The notes beneath the pieces are model-generated. The model was given only the letters and a program-made list of their open reading frames with translations, was not told the DNA's origin and did no database searches. A stretch of DNA of 64,000 nt from Planctomycetota bacterium (GTDB taxonomy: Bacteria; Planctomycetota; B15-G4): positions 17,649-81,648 of the forward strand of contig JAJDEP010000004.1 of the NCBI GenBank assembly GCA_029259715.1. Direction: 5' to 3'. Below are positions 54,587 through 64,000 of this stretch, piece by piece. Each line of letters starts with the position of its first letter. Positions within the stretch are counted from its first letter, which is position 1. The translations under genes and the position numbers were made by a program.

Positions 54587-56638
54587 CTAGAAGTAGACCG
54601 TCCGCCGCAGCCGGACGACTCCCTCTCGGATGCGCGCGAGATCGACGCGCTCGAGGCTGCGCTCGAAGAACCGCCGCGAGCGCGGGCTGTCCACGCGGGC
54701 CTTCAGGCGTGCGTTGCCCACCGCCTCCTCGGCGCGGACGTAGGCGTAGAGCGCGTCCTCGAGGCGCCCCTCGGCGTCGGCCAGCCGAGCCGCCCAGAAC
54801 CAGGCCCAGGCGTGATCGGGTTCGATGGCCACCAGCGCCGCGAAGTGCGCGTCGCGGGACGCGGGATCCCCGTCCTCGTGGGCCCACTGGGCCAACAACA
54901 GGCGGCTCTCGACATCGAGGGGGTCGACCGCCAGCAGGCCGTCGAGCCGGTCGATGGAGCGCGCGCGCTGGTCATCGGCCCCCGGGAACGCGGCCAGGCG
55001 CCGGGCCAGCAGCCGGTGCAGGTGCGCGCTGCGTCGGCGCCACTCCACGTGCTCGTAGCGGGGACGGAAGGCGATCAACTCCGCCCACTCCAGCTTGCCG
55101 AGCGCCAACGTCCAGCGCGCGCGGTCGACGAGCATGCGTGCGTCCTCAGCGACCCGGTCCGGCCCCGCGGCCGGCGCCGCCATCAGCTCCGCCGGACGGT
55201 GGGCCTCGAGCAGTGCCCGCACCACACTCTCCTCGAACTGCACCCGTCGCGAGGTGAGCCGCGGGTCGGACAGCGCCCGCTCGCCCAGCGCGTCGAAGGC
55301 GTCGCGCACGGCGGCGTCGTCGGCCCGGCCCTGCCCATGCGCGGCCATCACCGCGTCGATGGCCAGCACCGCTGCCTGACCCTGACGGTAGTGCGCCCAC
55401 TCGCCGCCCAACCACGCCGCCGCCGCCAGCGCTCCCACCGCCGCCCAGCGTCCCGACACGCGCCACCCCGCCTGCGGCCGCGTCACCCGCGCCAGCGCCA
55501 CCGCGAGCAGCAGCAGGAAGACTGAGAACACCACGCGGTTCTGCTCGGTGCCGTCGACCTGCATCTCGACGAACAGGACGGCGGCGCCGAGCAGGGCGCC
55601 CTGGCGCAGGGGGTCGCCAGGGCGACGCGGCCAGAACCGCGCGGTGGCCCAGGCCGTGAGCGCGAGGACCGCCGCCAGGGCCGCCCAGCCCCACTCGACC
55701 CCGAGGGTCAGGAAGACGTTGTGGGTCAGGCCCACCGCATGGCGCTGGTGCAGCAGCCACGGGAAGTCCGGGTCCAGGGCGTGGGCCGGGAACACCGACC
55801 CGTAGTTGCCCGGACCGAGACCGAAGGGATGTTCGAGCCCGATGGACGCCGCCGTGCTCCACAGGAACGGCCGCGAGTAGACGTGGCTCGTCTGCAAGGC
55901 GAAGGCCCGCTCGCTGAGCGGGTTGGGGATCACCAGCAACAGCACGACGCCGCCGGCCGCCAGGGCCAGCGCCTTCCAGCCCACCCGCCGCCACAGGAAC
56001 ACGAAGCCCACCAGGCCCGTGGCGAGCACGGCGCCCCGGGAGCGGGTGGCGAGCACGGCGAGCCCGAGCGCGACGCAGATCGTCACGGCCCTCCCGCGCC
56101 CACCGGCGAACGCCGCCAGCGCGAGGGCCGTCGCCCCCAGCAGGGCGCCCAGGGCGTTGGGGTTGCCCAGGGTCCCGCTCGGGCGGCCCGAGGCCTCCGC
56201 GCTTCCGGCGCCGACGATCATGAACGCCACCTGGCCCAGGGCCAGCACCGCCAGCACCGCGATCAGGGCGCGGCGCGTCGCCGATCGGTGCTCGTCCGGC
56301 GCGTCACGGTCGGGCGCCATGCCGAGACAAGCGAGGAAGAACAGGGCATGGGCCGCGCCGACCACCGCCATCGAACGCATGCCCTCGACGGCAAAGTCGG
56401 TGCGGTTGGCGTTCATGGCCGCGACCAGGGAGATCAGGGCCGCCAGCGTGGCCAGGAACGGCGCCCCGATGCGGACGCGCGGTCCCTTCCACAGGGCGCA
56501 CGCCGCGCACACGGCGGCGAGGATCACCGCCCCGACATGGGCCTCCCACAGCACGCCGGTGTAGGTGCCGAGCAGGGGCCAGACCCCCACCCACCCCAGC
56601 ACGACCCACCAGAACAGGCTCCGGCCCACCCGGCTCAA
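54587..56638 (-). CDS. O-antigen ligase (Wzy_C) family protein with C-terminal TPR
   Basis: GTLGNPN, TRSRGA, R--LW, HPFGLGPGNY, THNVFL; multiple TMs; TTGA overlap. Confidence 0.88.
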   Translation of the reverse strand: MSRVGRSLFWWVVLGWVGVWPLLGTYTGVLWEAHVGAVILAAVCAACALWKGPRVRIGAPFLATLAALISLVAAMNANRTDFAVEGMRSMAVVGAAHALFFLACLGMAPDRDAPDEHRSATRRALIAVLAVLALGQVAFMIVGAGSAEASGRPSGTLGNPNALGALLGATALALAAFAGGRGRAVTICVALGLAVLATRSRGAVLATGLVGFVFLWRRVGWKALALAAGGVVLLLVIPNPLSERAFALQTSHVYSRPFLWSTAASIGLEHPFGLGPGNYGSVFPAHALDPDFPWLLHQRHAVGLTHNVFLTLGVEWGWAALAAVLALTAWATARFWPRRPGDPLRQGALLGAAVLFVEMQVDGTEQNRVVFSVFLLLLAVALARVTRPQAGWRVSGRWAAVGALAAAAWLGGEWAHYRQGQAAVLAIDAVMAAHGQGRADDAAVRDAFDALGERALSDPRLTSRRVQFEESVVRALLEAHRPAELMAAPAAGPDRVAEDARMLVDRARWTLALGKLEWAELIAFRPRYEHVEWRRRSAHLHRLLARRLAAFPGADDQRARSIDRLDGLLAVDPLDVESRLLLAQWAHEDGDPASRDAHFAALVAIEPDHAWAWFWAARLADAEGRLEDALYAYVRAEEAVGNARLKARVDSPRSRRFFERSLERVDLARIREGVVRLRRTVYF

Positions 56639-58503
56639 CGGACCACCATCGAGAGGATCACGCCGTGTCCGCCGCCCGCTTCGGCATCCGCACCGGCCGC
56701 AGCAACGTCGTCGGGGAACACCGCCAGCACTTCCAGACGCCCCAACAGCCAGCGGCGACCGATCAACGACCCGTCCGGAGCGCTCTCCGCTTCGGTCGCG
56801 TCGAGCCATCCGTCACCGGCCATGGTGATCACGGCCACCACGTCGGGGTGGCGGACCAGCAGGGCCTCCAGAGCCGTCCCGCCGAGGGGCGTGCCGGCGC
56901 CGAGCGGGAGGCTCACCAACTCCGGGTCGTCCCAGGCCAGCAGCCCGACCGGGGCGATGACCGTGCCACCGGGTCCGCCGCCCAACGTCAGCAGGTGCTC
57001 GCGGGCCGCCCTCAGCGCCCGCGCAACGGCGACCTCGCGCACCTCTGTCTGCTGATCGAAGAAATCCGGCGCCAGCGCGTTGCCGTGATAGGTGGTGTGG
57101 GGCGGCGTGAGCATGACCGCGGCCGTCACGAGCACGGCGAGCGGGAGTCCGCTCGGGATCAGCGGCAGTGCGACGCCGCCCCGGGGCCGCCGGGCTTGGG
57201 CCGCGCCGGCGCGCAGGCGCAGCAGCATCGGCGCCGCGTAGAGCGCGAGCCCGAGCAGGGCCATCTGCATCCAGCGTTGGGGCCGCGCCAGCGGACTGTC
57301 ACCGAGATCGTCGAGGGTCAGCGCCAACAGCCCGAGCCAGGCCAGCAGGCCGATCCACAGGCCCAGGCGCTCGCCGCGACCCGGCACCCGCAGCAGTCGA
57401 CTCAGGGCCAGCGCCGTCACCAACGGCAACATGGTGACGACGTAGCGCAGCTTCGTCGCCGGCCACACCACCGCGACCGCCACCAGCGCGAGCAGCGCCA
57501 GCCACGCCGCCAGTCGGCGCCGGTCGCCCGTCGCGAGACCCAGGCGCAGACCCGGCAGGCACCCCGCGGCCACGATGCCCAGGGTCATGGGGAACACGAT
57601 CAGGCCCGTGTTGAACAGGTACAGCAGGTTGGGCGCGACCTGGGCGCGCAGCGCTCCCACCAGCTGCCCCGCCGACAAGTCGCCGAGGAAGCGGGCCACC
57701 GGCACGCCCTGCTCGATGGACAGCTGCGGCTCCAGTCCCAGCCGGTGCAACAGGTACAGCCCGTTGACCGAGTGCAGCGGGTCGCCGAACACCGCGATGT
57801 TGCGCCACCACCACGGCACCAGCACCAGCAGGGCCACCGCCACGGCCAGGACGCCTCCCACGGCCGCCCTGCCCCGCTCTCCCCGCGACGCCCCGAGGAC
57901 GCCCACCACCACCGGCAGCGGCAGCAACACCAGGCACTGATGATTGAGCAGCAACAGGGCGCCGAGGATCAGCCCCACCGCGACGGGCGCCGGACGCGGC
58001 CGGCCCAGCCGGTCGACGAGCAGCAACACGCCGCAGGCCTGGGCGGCATACAGAGCGCCGCTGGCCGAGAAATCGATGGCGAGGAAACTCAGCGCCACCA
58101 GCGCCGCGGCCAGCAGCCCGACGCCGTCGGGCACCTGGCCGATATCCTCGGTAAGACGGTCGGCCAACCGCAGCGTGAGCGCCAGCAGCAACACGCCGCA
58201 CAGCAGCGACATCACCTGCAGCGCCGTGAAGGGGGCGCCGGTGAGCGCCGCCAGCGGGGCCGCCAGCAACGGCCACAGCGGGGCGTGCTGGTCGGCGTGC
58301 CCGGGCGGCGGCAACGGGTCGTCGCCCCGCACCAGCTCGGTGCCCCGGTCGAATCCGGACGCGAAGCCCTGCCCGGCCGCCAGGCTGCGGGTCACGCCCA
58401 CGTCGAGCACCACGTCGCCGCGCGGATGGTCGTGCAGCTCCATCGCAACGATGCGCAGACCGATGCCGAGCACCACCGCCAGCAGACACAGGCGCCGGGT
58501 CAC
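56635..58503 (-). CDS. GT-C fold (ArnT/PMT-like) membrane glycosyltransferase
   Basis: First loop PRGD, HAPLWPLL, PWWWRN--VFGDP, RY; polytopic; GTGA overlap. Confidence 0.75.
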   Translation of the reverse strand: MTRRLCLLAVVLGIGLRIVAMELHDHPRGDVVLDVGVTRSLAAGQGFASGFDRGTELVRGDDPLPPPGHADQHAPLWPLLAAPLAALTGAPFTALQVMSLLCGVLLLALTLRLADRLTEDIGQVPDGVGLLAAALVALSFLAIDFSASGALYAAQACGVLLLVDRLGRPRPAPVAVGLILGALLLLNHQCLVLLPLPVVVGVLGASRGERGRAAVGGVLAVAVALLVLVPWWWRNIAVFGDPLHSVNGLYLLHRLGLEPQLSIEQGVPVARFLGDLSAGQLVGALRAQVAPNLLYLFNTGLIVFPMTLGIVAAGCLPGLRLGLATGDRRRLAAWLALLALVAVAVVWPATKLRYVVTMLPLVTALALSRLLRVPGRGERLGLWIGLLAWLGLLALTLDDLGDSPLARPQRWMQMALLGLALYAAPMLLRLRAGAAQARRPRGGVALPLIPSGLPLAVLVTAAVMLTPPHTTYHGNALAPDFFDQQTEVREVAVARALRAAREHLLTLGGGPGGTVIAPVGLLAWDDPELVSLPLGAGTPLGGTALEALLVRHPDVVAVITMAGDGWLDATEAESAPDGSLIGRRWLLGRLEVLAVFPDDVAAAGADAEAGGGHGVILSMVVR

Positions 58504-59234
58504 AGCGACTCCTCCTCGAGGCTGTCGCGCAACGCCTCGATCACCTGGCGCTCCTCCGAGTTCTCGCCGATGGACTGCAGCAGGGCGTCGGCCTCCTCGA
58601 GGTCCCGGCGGGCGCGCCAGGGATCGCTGCGCACCTCCACCTCGCGCAGTCCGCGGCGGACGAGCAGACTCGCGAGCAGCAGGCGGTCGTCGGGCGAATC
58701 GGTCGCATGGCGCAGCACGTCGATGGCCATCTCCTCGGGGCTCTCGCTCCAATACTGCTCGACCACGGCCCCGAACCAAGGGTCGACCAGCGAACGCGCG
58801 GTGAGCAATCGGGCCAGCGGGCCGCTCAGCTCCTCGCCGCCTTCCCGCTCGAGGCCTTCCTGCAGCACCTGCAGGCCGCGGATCACCGCCACCCGGTGAC
58901 GCAGGCGGTCGGGCGCCCGGGTGGCCTGGGTCACGGCGAATTCGAACGAGAGGTACTCGCGCACGGCCCCGAGATCGGGATGCAGCCGCAGCAGCGCCTC
59001 GGCCACCACCTGGGCCCGCTCGGTGCGGCCGAGCTGACCCTGCCGCAGCAGATCGGTCCAGAGCATGGAGCTGATCACCGCCTTGATCGGACCCAGCGGC
59101 GCCAGCGAACGCGAAAGCGGATCGGCGTCGACGCCGTCGCCGGACGTCCGGGGCGGAGCGAGCGCCCCCGCCGCCACGATGAGGGTCAGGCCGAGGGTCA
59201 CCCGCAGCAAGGTCTGCCGGGCCGTCCGCGTCAT
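58500..59234 (-). CDS. Hypothetical single-TM helical (TPR-like) protein, ABC-transporter associated
   Basis: 4-nt overlaps on both sides; N-terminal TM, SSMLW...LLRLHP...YL helical region. Confidence 0.7.
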   Translation of the reverse strand: MTRTARQTLLRVTLGLTLIVAAGALAPPRTSGDGVDADPLSRSLAPLGPIKAVISSMLWTDLLRQGQLGRTERAQVVAEALLRLHPDLGAVREYLSFEFAVTQATRAPDRLRHRVAVIRGLQVLQEGLEREGGEELSGPLARLLTARSLVDPWFGAVVEQYWSESPEEMAIDVLRHATDSPDDRLLLASLLVRRGLREVEVRSDPWRARRDLEEADALLQSIGENSEERQVIEALRDSLEEESL

Positions 59235-60190
59235 GGCATGGCCTGCCGACGGGTGAGGGCCGTGCCCAGGATCGCCATGACCACGAGCAGGCCGCCGGCG
59301 ATGACGGTGGTCTCGACGGGCGGGTCGCGCACGGTGATCGCCAGCAGCCCCGCGAGGCAGGCGGTCTCGAAGTGGAAGGCGCAGGCCGCCGCCACCGCCG
59401 CCAGCAGCCCGAGCAGCAGCCGCCGCAGCGAGCCGGCCTCGAGGCGCCGCGTGGCGAGGGACTGGGTGCCCACGTTCAACGTGGGCGCCCGGGGCGAGAG
59501 GATCATCCCCGGGCCGGCGTGCAGCGTGACGAAGAGGTCGCCCTCGGCGGGCGACAGGTCCGGCAGCGAGAGGGTCAGCGAACGCTGGGGGCGCACGGGC
59601 CGCTCGACGCTCGTGGTGAACTCGCCCCGCCGGACCTCGGCGCGCACCGACGACGTCCCGCCGTAGAGCAGCAGCGTCCCCACCTGCAGGTCGAAGGGTC
59701 CGGCGTCGCCATCCGGGACGACGAAGCGCCATTGGTGACCGTCGTTGGCCGCCGGGCGCGGCACCACCGACGAGACCAGGGAGCCGGACACGTTGCGGGG
59801 CACGGCCGTGGGCCCGGACACCACCCGCGCCGAGATCTGCAGCACGACGACCAGCACCACCGCGCCGGCGAGGGCCCCGAGACAACGCCCCAGCCCCCAC
59901 GACGCCGACGACACGGCGCGCACGGCCACCAGCCCCTCGAAGCCCCCGCGCCGGTCGTTGGCGGGCAACCCGGCGCCGAGCGGCAAGAGGAACACGGCCG
60001 AGAGCGCCACCAGCAGCGTGGTGAAGGCCTCGCCGGCCACCTCGCCGGACGGGATCCCGCGCACGAGCAACCCCACACCGGCGCCGGCGACGACGGCGAC
60101 GAGCAGGTGCCGGCGCGACACCATGCGCAGGCAGGTCGCGAGGCTCACCGCCACGGAGGAGGCCAGCATGGTCCGCACCGCCCCCATCAC
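59231..60190 (-). CDS. ABC-2-like permease with extracytoplasmic beta insert
   Basis: DRRGG...VRAVS...GR permease-type loop, four TMs plus insert plus TMs; coupled to the ATPase. Confidence 0.68.
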   Translation of the reverse strand: MMGAVRTMLASSVAVSLATCLRMVSRRHLLVAVVAGAGVGLLVRGIPSGEVAGEAFTTLLVALSAVFLLPLGAGLPANDRRGGFEGLVAVRAVSSASWGLGRCLGALAGAVVLVVVLQISARVVSGPTAVPRNVSGSLVSSVVPRPAANDGHQWRFVVPDGDAGPFDLQVGTLLLYGGTSSVRAEVRRGEFTTSVERPVRPQRSLTLSLPDLSPAEGDLFVTLHAGPGMILSPRAPTLNVGTQSLATRRLEAGSLRRLLLGLLAAVAAACAFHFETACLAGLLAITVRDPPVETTVIAGGLLVVMAILGTALTRRQAMP

Positions 60191-60918
60191 GGGCTCTCCG
60201 TGGGCGCGCCGAGCAGCTGCACCAGGCCGTCGCGGCCGCGGGCGTCGGCCAGCAACGCCTCGGCGGTGCCGGTGCGCACCACGCGCCCCTCGCGCAGCAC
60301 GGTCAGGTGCGTGCACAGGCTGGCGATGTCCTCGATGCGATGGGACGTGAGCACGATGGCGGCGCCGGCCTCGCGGCGCTGCTTGAGGTCCTCGGTCAGG
60401 TCGTGGATGACGAGCGAGTCGAGCGCCGAGAAGGGCTCGTCGAGCAGCAGCAGCGGCGGGTCGTCGAGCAGCGCCTGGGCCAGCACGACGCGCCGCGCCT
60501 GGCCCATGGAGAGAGTCGAGAAGCGGCGGTCGAGCAGGTCGCTGATGCCCGTGAGCCCGGCGACGCGGCCGATGCGGTCGTGGATGCCCTTGAGCGATGT
60601 GAGCGCGGCCAGCTCGCGCAGCGCTCCCAACACGGTGAGGTGGGCCGGCCAGCGCAAGGTCTCGGGCACGTAGCCGGTGGCGGCCCGGGCCGCGCGACTG
60701 CCGACGGCGTGGCCCGCCACGGCCACCTCGCCGGTGCGTGGCAGGGCCAGCCCGGCGAGAATGCGCAGCAGCGTCGACTTCCCGGACCCGTTGGGGCCTA
60801 CGAGGCCGAGACATTCGCCTCCCGATACCTCCACGTCCACGCCGACCAGGGAGGTCAGGCGATGCCCGGGGAAGCGCCGGTACGCGTGGCTGAGTTTTCG
60901 CGCGACCAGCAACGCCAT
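60187..60918 (-). CDS. ABC transporter ATP-binding protein
   Basis: GPNGSGKST, LSMGQ, LLLLDEP, TSH. Confidence 0.95.
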   Translation of the reverse strand: MALLVARKLSHAYRRFPGHRLTSLVGVDVEVSGGECLGLVGPNGSGKSTLLRILAGLALPRTGEVAVAGHAVGSRAARAATGYVPETLRWPAHLTVLGALRELAALTSLKGIHDRIGRVAGLTGISDLLDRRFSTLSMGQARRVVLAQALLDDPPLLLLDEPFSALDSLVIHDLTEDLKQRREAGAAIVLTSHRIEDIASLCTHLTVLREGRVVRTGTAEALLADARGRDGLVQLLGAPTESP

Positions 60919-60953
60919 CCCGGGCAGTCTACCCGTGCGGTAAGGTGCGGCGT

Positions 60954-61568
60954 ATGTGGCGCTTGGTCACGGCGAAGGGGAAGAGCATCGTCGTCCGTCG
61001 ACTTCCGGCGCAGGTCGGGTCCGATCGGGGCGGGGATGTGGTCCTGCCGCATGCATCCATCGCCCCTCGGCATGCCCGGCTCACCCAGGACGGGCCCGGC
61101 AGCCTGATGGTCGAGGCCCTCGACGAGGCCGTGGTGGGCGTGGGCGGCAAGCGCGTCCGCCGGGGCCGGCTGACCGACGGCACGGTGCTGGTCCTGGGCA
61201 CGGTGCGCCTGACGGTCCAGGCTCCCTCGGCGGCGAACGCCGGCGGCAAGGCGCCCCTCCCGGACGCTGCGGCGGCCCCGACCCGCCGGCCGGCCCGGCC
61301 TCCGGCGCAGGGCCGCACCACCCCCCGCCGCACCGCGCAGGGCACGAGTGCGCCGCGGGGAAGATCCCGGCGGTCCGCCGCGGGCCCCCAACGGTCACGA
61401 CCGGCGGGCGTGCCGCTGCGATCGGCCCGACACGACGAAGGTGCCGAAGGCTGGACGGGAACCGACCTGTCGCAAGTCTCGGCATCGATGCGTCTGCTGA
61501 TCTATGCCGGGCTGGCCGTCCTCGGCGGATCGGTGATCTGGGGCCTGATGGTCCTCGTCGGCGGCTGA
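60954..61568 (+). CDS. FHA-like domain protein with basic linker and C-terminal TM
   Basis: VGS---DVVL---SIAPRHARL...LTDG-VL-LG; R/P/A-rich linker; terminal TM. Confidence 0.72.
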   Translation: MWRLVTAKGKSIVVRRLPAQVGSDRGGDVVLPHASIAPRHARLTQDGPGSLMVEALDEAVVGVGGKRVRRGRLTDGTVLVLGTVRLTVQAPSAANAGGKAPLPDAAAAPTRRPARPPAQGRTTPRRTAQGTSAPRGRSRRSAAGPQRSRPAGVPLRSARHDEGAEGWTGTDLSQVSASMRLLIYAGLAVLGGSVIWGLMVLVGG

Positions 61569-61672
61569 CGGCGCCGCTCCCCCGCCCGCGCTAACATGCT
61601 CCCCACCCGATCTCGTTCAGCCTCACCCCAACGAGCCGCGCCCTCCGAGCACTGCCCCTTCAGGCCTCACCC

Positions 61673-62959
61673 ATGAAGTCCCTCGCACTGCTGACCCTCG
61701 GGCTGACCACGCTCGTCTCGCCTGCCCTCGACGAGAGCGACCTCGCGCGCCCTCACTGGAAGTTCGACGGGCGCGATTCGAGCGAGGGCTTCGCCGCGGC
61801 GGCCGCCGGCGCCGACGACGTCGACGCCGATGGCTTCGCCGACGTGATCATCGGCGCCCCCGAGGCCCTCGAGGGACGCGGCATGGCCCGCGTCTTCTCG
61901 GGACGCGAAGGCAGCCAGTTGCTCGAGCTGCAGGGCGCCTCGGACGGCGACCGCTTCGGCGCCTCGGTGGCGGCTGCCGGCGATGTCGACAACGACGGCT
62001 TCGGCGATGTCGTCGTGGGAGCGCCGGGCAACGACGAACGCCCCGGCGCCGCCTATGTCTACTCGGGCAAGACCGGTGCCTTGCTGCTGACCTTCACGGG
62101 CGGGCAGCCGGGCGAACGCTTCGGCCACGCCGTGAGCGGGCTCGGCGACGTCAACGGTGACGGCAGCAGCGACATCGTGGTGGGCGCGCCCTCCGCCGCC
62201 CGCAAGAAGGATCCGGACGTCGGCCGCTTCGCCGTCTACTCCGGCAAGGACGGCGAGGAGCTCTGGTCGGTGACCGGCAAGCGTCCCGGCGCGCGCCTGG
62301 GCTGGTCGGTGGCCAATGCCGGTGACGCCAACAACGACAGCTTCGCCGACGTCCTCGTCGGCGCGCCCCACGGCGGCAAGAAGAAGACCACCAACGAGGG
62401 CGCCGCCTACCTGTACAACGGCAAGAAGGGCAAGCTCATGGAGACCTTCGTCGGCGCGGCCGACGACGATCGCTTCGGTTGGACCGTGCGCGGCGCCGGG
62501 GACGCCACCGGCGACGGCGCCTCCGACCTGCTCATCGGCAGCCATGGATCGAAGGGCTACGCCCGCCTGTACGACGGCAAGAAGGGCAAGCTGTTGCAGG
62601 ACTTCGTCGGGGTCGACGAGGGCGGATTCTTCGGCGCGACGCTGGGCGGCGCCCTGCCCGGCCGCCCGGCCTTCGACTTCGACGCCGACGGCCTGGCCGA
62701 CGTGATCATCGGCGCCCCGGGCAGCAGCGACGCGGTCGACGCGCCCGAGCGCCCCGTGCCGACGGTGCGCATCTACTCCGGCAAGACCGGTGATCTGCTC
62801 ACCAAGGTCGAGGGCCTGACACCCGCCGACCACTTCGGCGGGGCCCTCGCCGGCGCCGGCGACGTCAACAACGACGGCTTCGACGACGTGCTGGTGGGCG
62901 ACGACGGCTTCGGCGGTCGCAAGGGTTGGGCCCGGGTCTACCTCGGCGGCTCGCCGTAG
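61673..62959 (+). CDS. Secreted FG-GAP/integrin-alpha-like beta-propeller protein
   Basis: Seven FG...GD(V)NxDGxxDxxxGAP repeats; signal peptide. Confidence 0.92.
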   Translation: MKSLALLTLGLTTLVSPALDESDLARPHWKFDGRDSSEGFAAAAAGADDVDADGFADVIIGAPEALEGRGMARVFSGREGSQLLELQGASDGDRFGASVAAAGDVDNDGFGDVVVGAPGNDERPGAAYVYSGKTGALLLTFTGGQPGERFGHAVSGLGDVNGDGSSDIVVGAPSAARKKDPDVGRFAVYSGKDGEELWSVTGKRPGARLGWSVANAGDANNDSFADVLVGAPHGGKKKTTNEGAAYLYNGKKGKLMETFVGAADDDRFGWTVRGAGDATGDGASDLLIGSHGSKGYARLYDGKKGKLLQDFVGVDEGGFFGATLGGALPGRPAFDFDADGLADVIIGAPGSSDAVDAPERPVPTVRIYSGKTGDLLTKVEGLTPADHFGGALAGAGDVNNDGFDDVLVGDDGFGGRKGWARVYLGGSP

Positions 62960-62962
62960 GGC

Positions 62963-64000
62963 TCAGCCGGCCGCGGCCGCCCAGACCTGTTCGAGCGTCT
63001 CGGCCGATCGGTCCCACGACCAGCGCGCGGCCGCTGTCCGGCCGGCGACGATGAGCTCGTCGCGAGCGTCTCCCCGCAACACGGCCGCGGCCAACGCGGC
63101 CCCGAAGGCCCACGCGTCGCCCGGAGCCACCAGTCGCCCGCCCGGCCCCACCACTTCGGGCAGGGCCCCGGCGTCGACGGCCACCACCGGGATGCCGCGC
63201 GCCTGGGCATCGACCACCGGGATCGAGAAGCCCTCGTCGCGGCCGGCGACGGCGAGGGCGTCGGCCCCGGCCAGCACCACATCCAGTTCGGCTTCCGTGA
63301 GCAGCCCCACCACGCGCACGTGATCGGCCAGGCCCATGGACGCCGCCCGGCGCAGCAGCGGCAGGGTGCGCTGGGCATCGGCGCGCCCGGCGAACACGAG
63401 CCCGAGGTCGTCGGCCCCCTGGGCGTGGGCCGCCGCCAGCGCCGCCAGCAGGTGTCCCGGCGCCTTGTGCGGCCGCACCGGACCGAGGGCCAGGACATAG
63501 CGTCGGTTCAGGTCGGCCCGCCGCCGGAAGGCGCCCATGTCGAGGGCATCGATGGGTCCGCCCAGGGACGGCGTGGGTGCATTGGGCACGACCACGATGC
63601 GGTCGGCGCCGGCGAGTCCCCGAGCGATGAGCCCGTCCGCCGTGCTGCGCGACACGGTGACGATGCGCGCGGCCCGCGCCAGGTTGCCGACCAGCCGCCG
63701 CGACGCCCACAGGCGCCGCAGTGGGGACGCCCGCTCGTCGAGGAAGCGCAGGTCGTGCAGCGTGAGCACGACGGGCCCGCCGGTCACCCGCGGCAGGGGC
63801 AGGGCTCCCGCGTGGAGCAAGGCGGCGTCGCACTCGCGCATCGCGGCGTCCAGGCGACGGCCGGCCAGAGCCCGGCGCACCGGCGTCGTCGCCCCGGCGA
63901 AGGGCCGCACGGCGAGTCCCTCCAGCGCATCGACGTCCGGTCGCACGAGGTGTACGACCTCCATGGCGCCGCGGCGGGCGTGCGCGGCGCCCAGGGCCTG
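62963..64000 (-). CDS. Glycosyltransferase family 4 (5' end probably beyond the window)
   Basis: TLHDL, TVS, PHK, EGFSIPVVDA, WSW. The frame is open to base 64000; internal ATG at 63964. Confidence 0.9.
   Translation of the reverse strand, partial: QALGAAHARRGAMEVVHLVRPDVDALEGLAVRPFAGATTPVRRALAGRRLDAAMRECDAALLHAGALPLPRVTGGPVVLTLHDLRFLDERASPLRRLWASRRLVGNLARAARIVTVSRSTADGLIARGLAGADRIVVVPNAPTPSLGGPIDALDMGAFRRRADLNRRYVLALGPVRPHKAPGHLLAALAAAHAQGADDLGLVFAGRADAQRTLPLLRRAASMGLADHVRVVGLLTEAELDVVLAGADALAVAGRDEGFSIPVVDAQARGIPVVAVDAGALPEVVGPGGRLVAPGDAWAFGAALAAAVLRGDARDELIVAGRTAAARWSWDRSAETLEQVWAAAAG

Overview
A very GC-rich, densely coding bacterial chromosome segment. I found no tRNA, rRNA, CRISPR array or mobile element. 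Gene content suggests an uncultured Planctomycetota-type organism (inference from a zinc-ribbon SpoVG next to ispE, fused AroDE, a BlaI/M56 pair, an FG-GAP protein and BatA/vWA/prenyltransferase-repeat genes). From left to right: (1) partial infB and nusA, preceded by a rimP-leader-like hairpin but no rimP gene; (2) an HPS-RraA fusion, thiS, thiG and a GalT-like gene; (3) BlaI plus an M56 peptidase with a duplicated palindromic operator; (4) a ~21 kb, mostly translationally coupled minus-strand operon downstream of eno: FtsB-like protein, beta-propeller, MoxR AAA+, DUF58/vWA, BatA/vWA, vWA/GATase-like, giant propeller/TPR protein, two prenyltransferase-repeat toroids and three DUF4175-like coiled-coil proteins. 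This is the best candidate for an uncharacterised envelope machine; (5) an S8 protease with a distinct C-terminal domain; (6) psd-pssA-folK-panC-panD-ispE-spoVG-DUF2520-aroDE and a spermidine-synthase-like gene; (7) a lipoprotein, Wzx flippase, orphan pseudopilin, YyaL, CysQ/IMPase, rsfS and a membrane pyrophosphatase; (8) an ABC transporter/GT-C/O-antigen-ligase module, FHA-like, FG-GAP and a partial GT4 gene. All calls are from motif recognition by eye; no searches were run.
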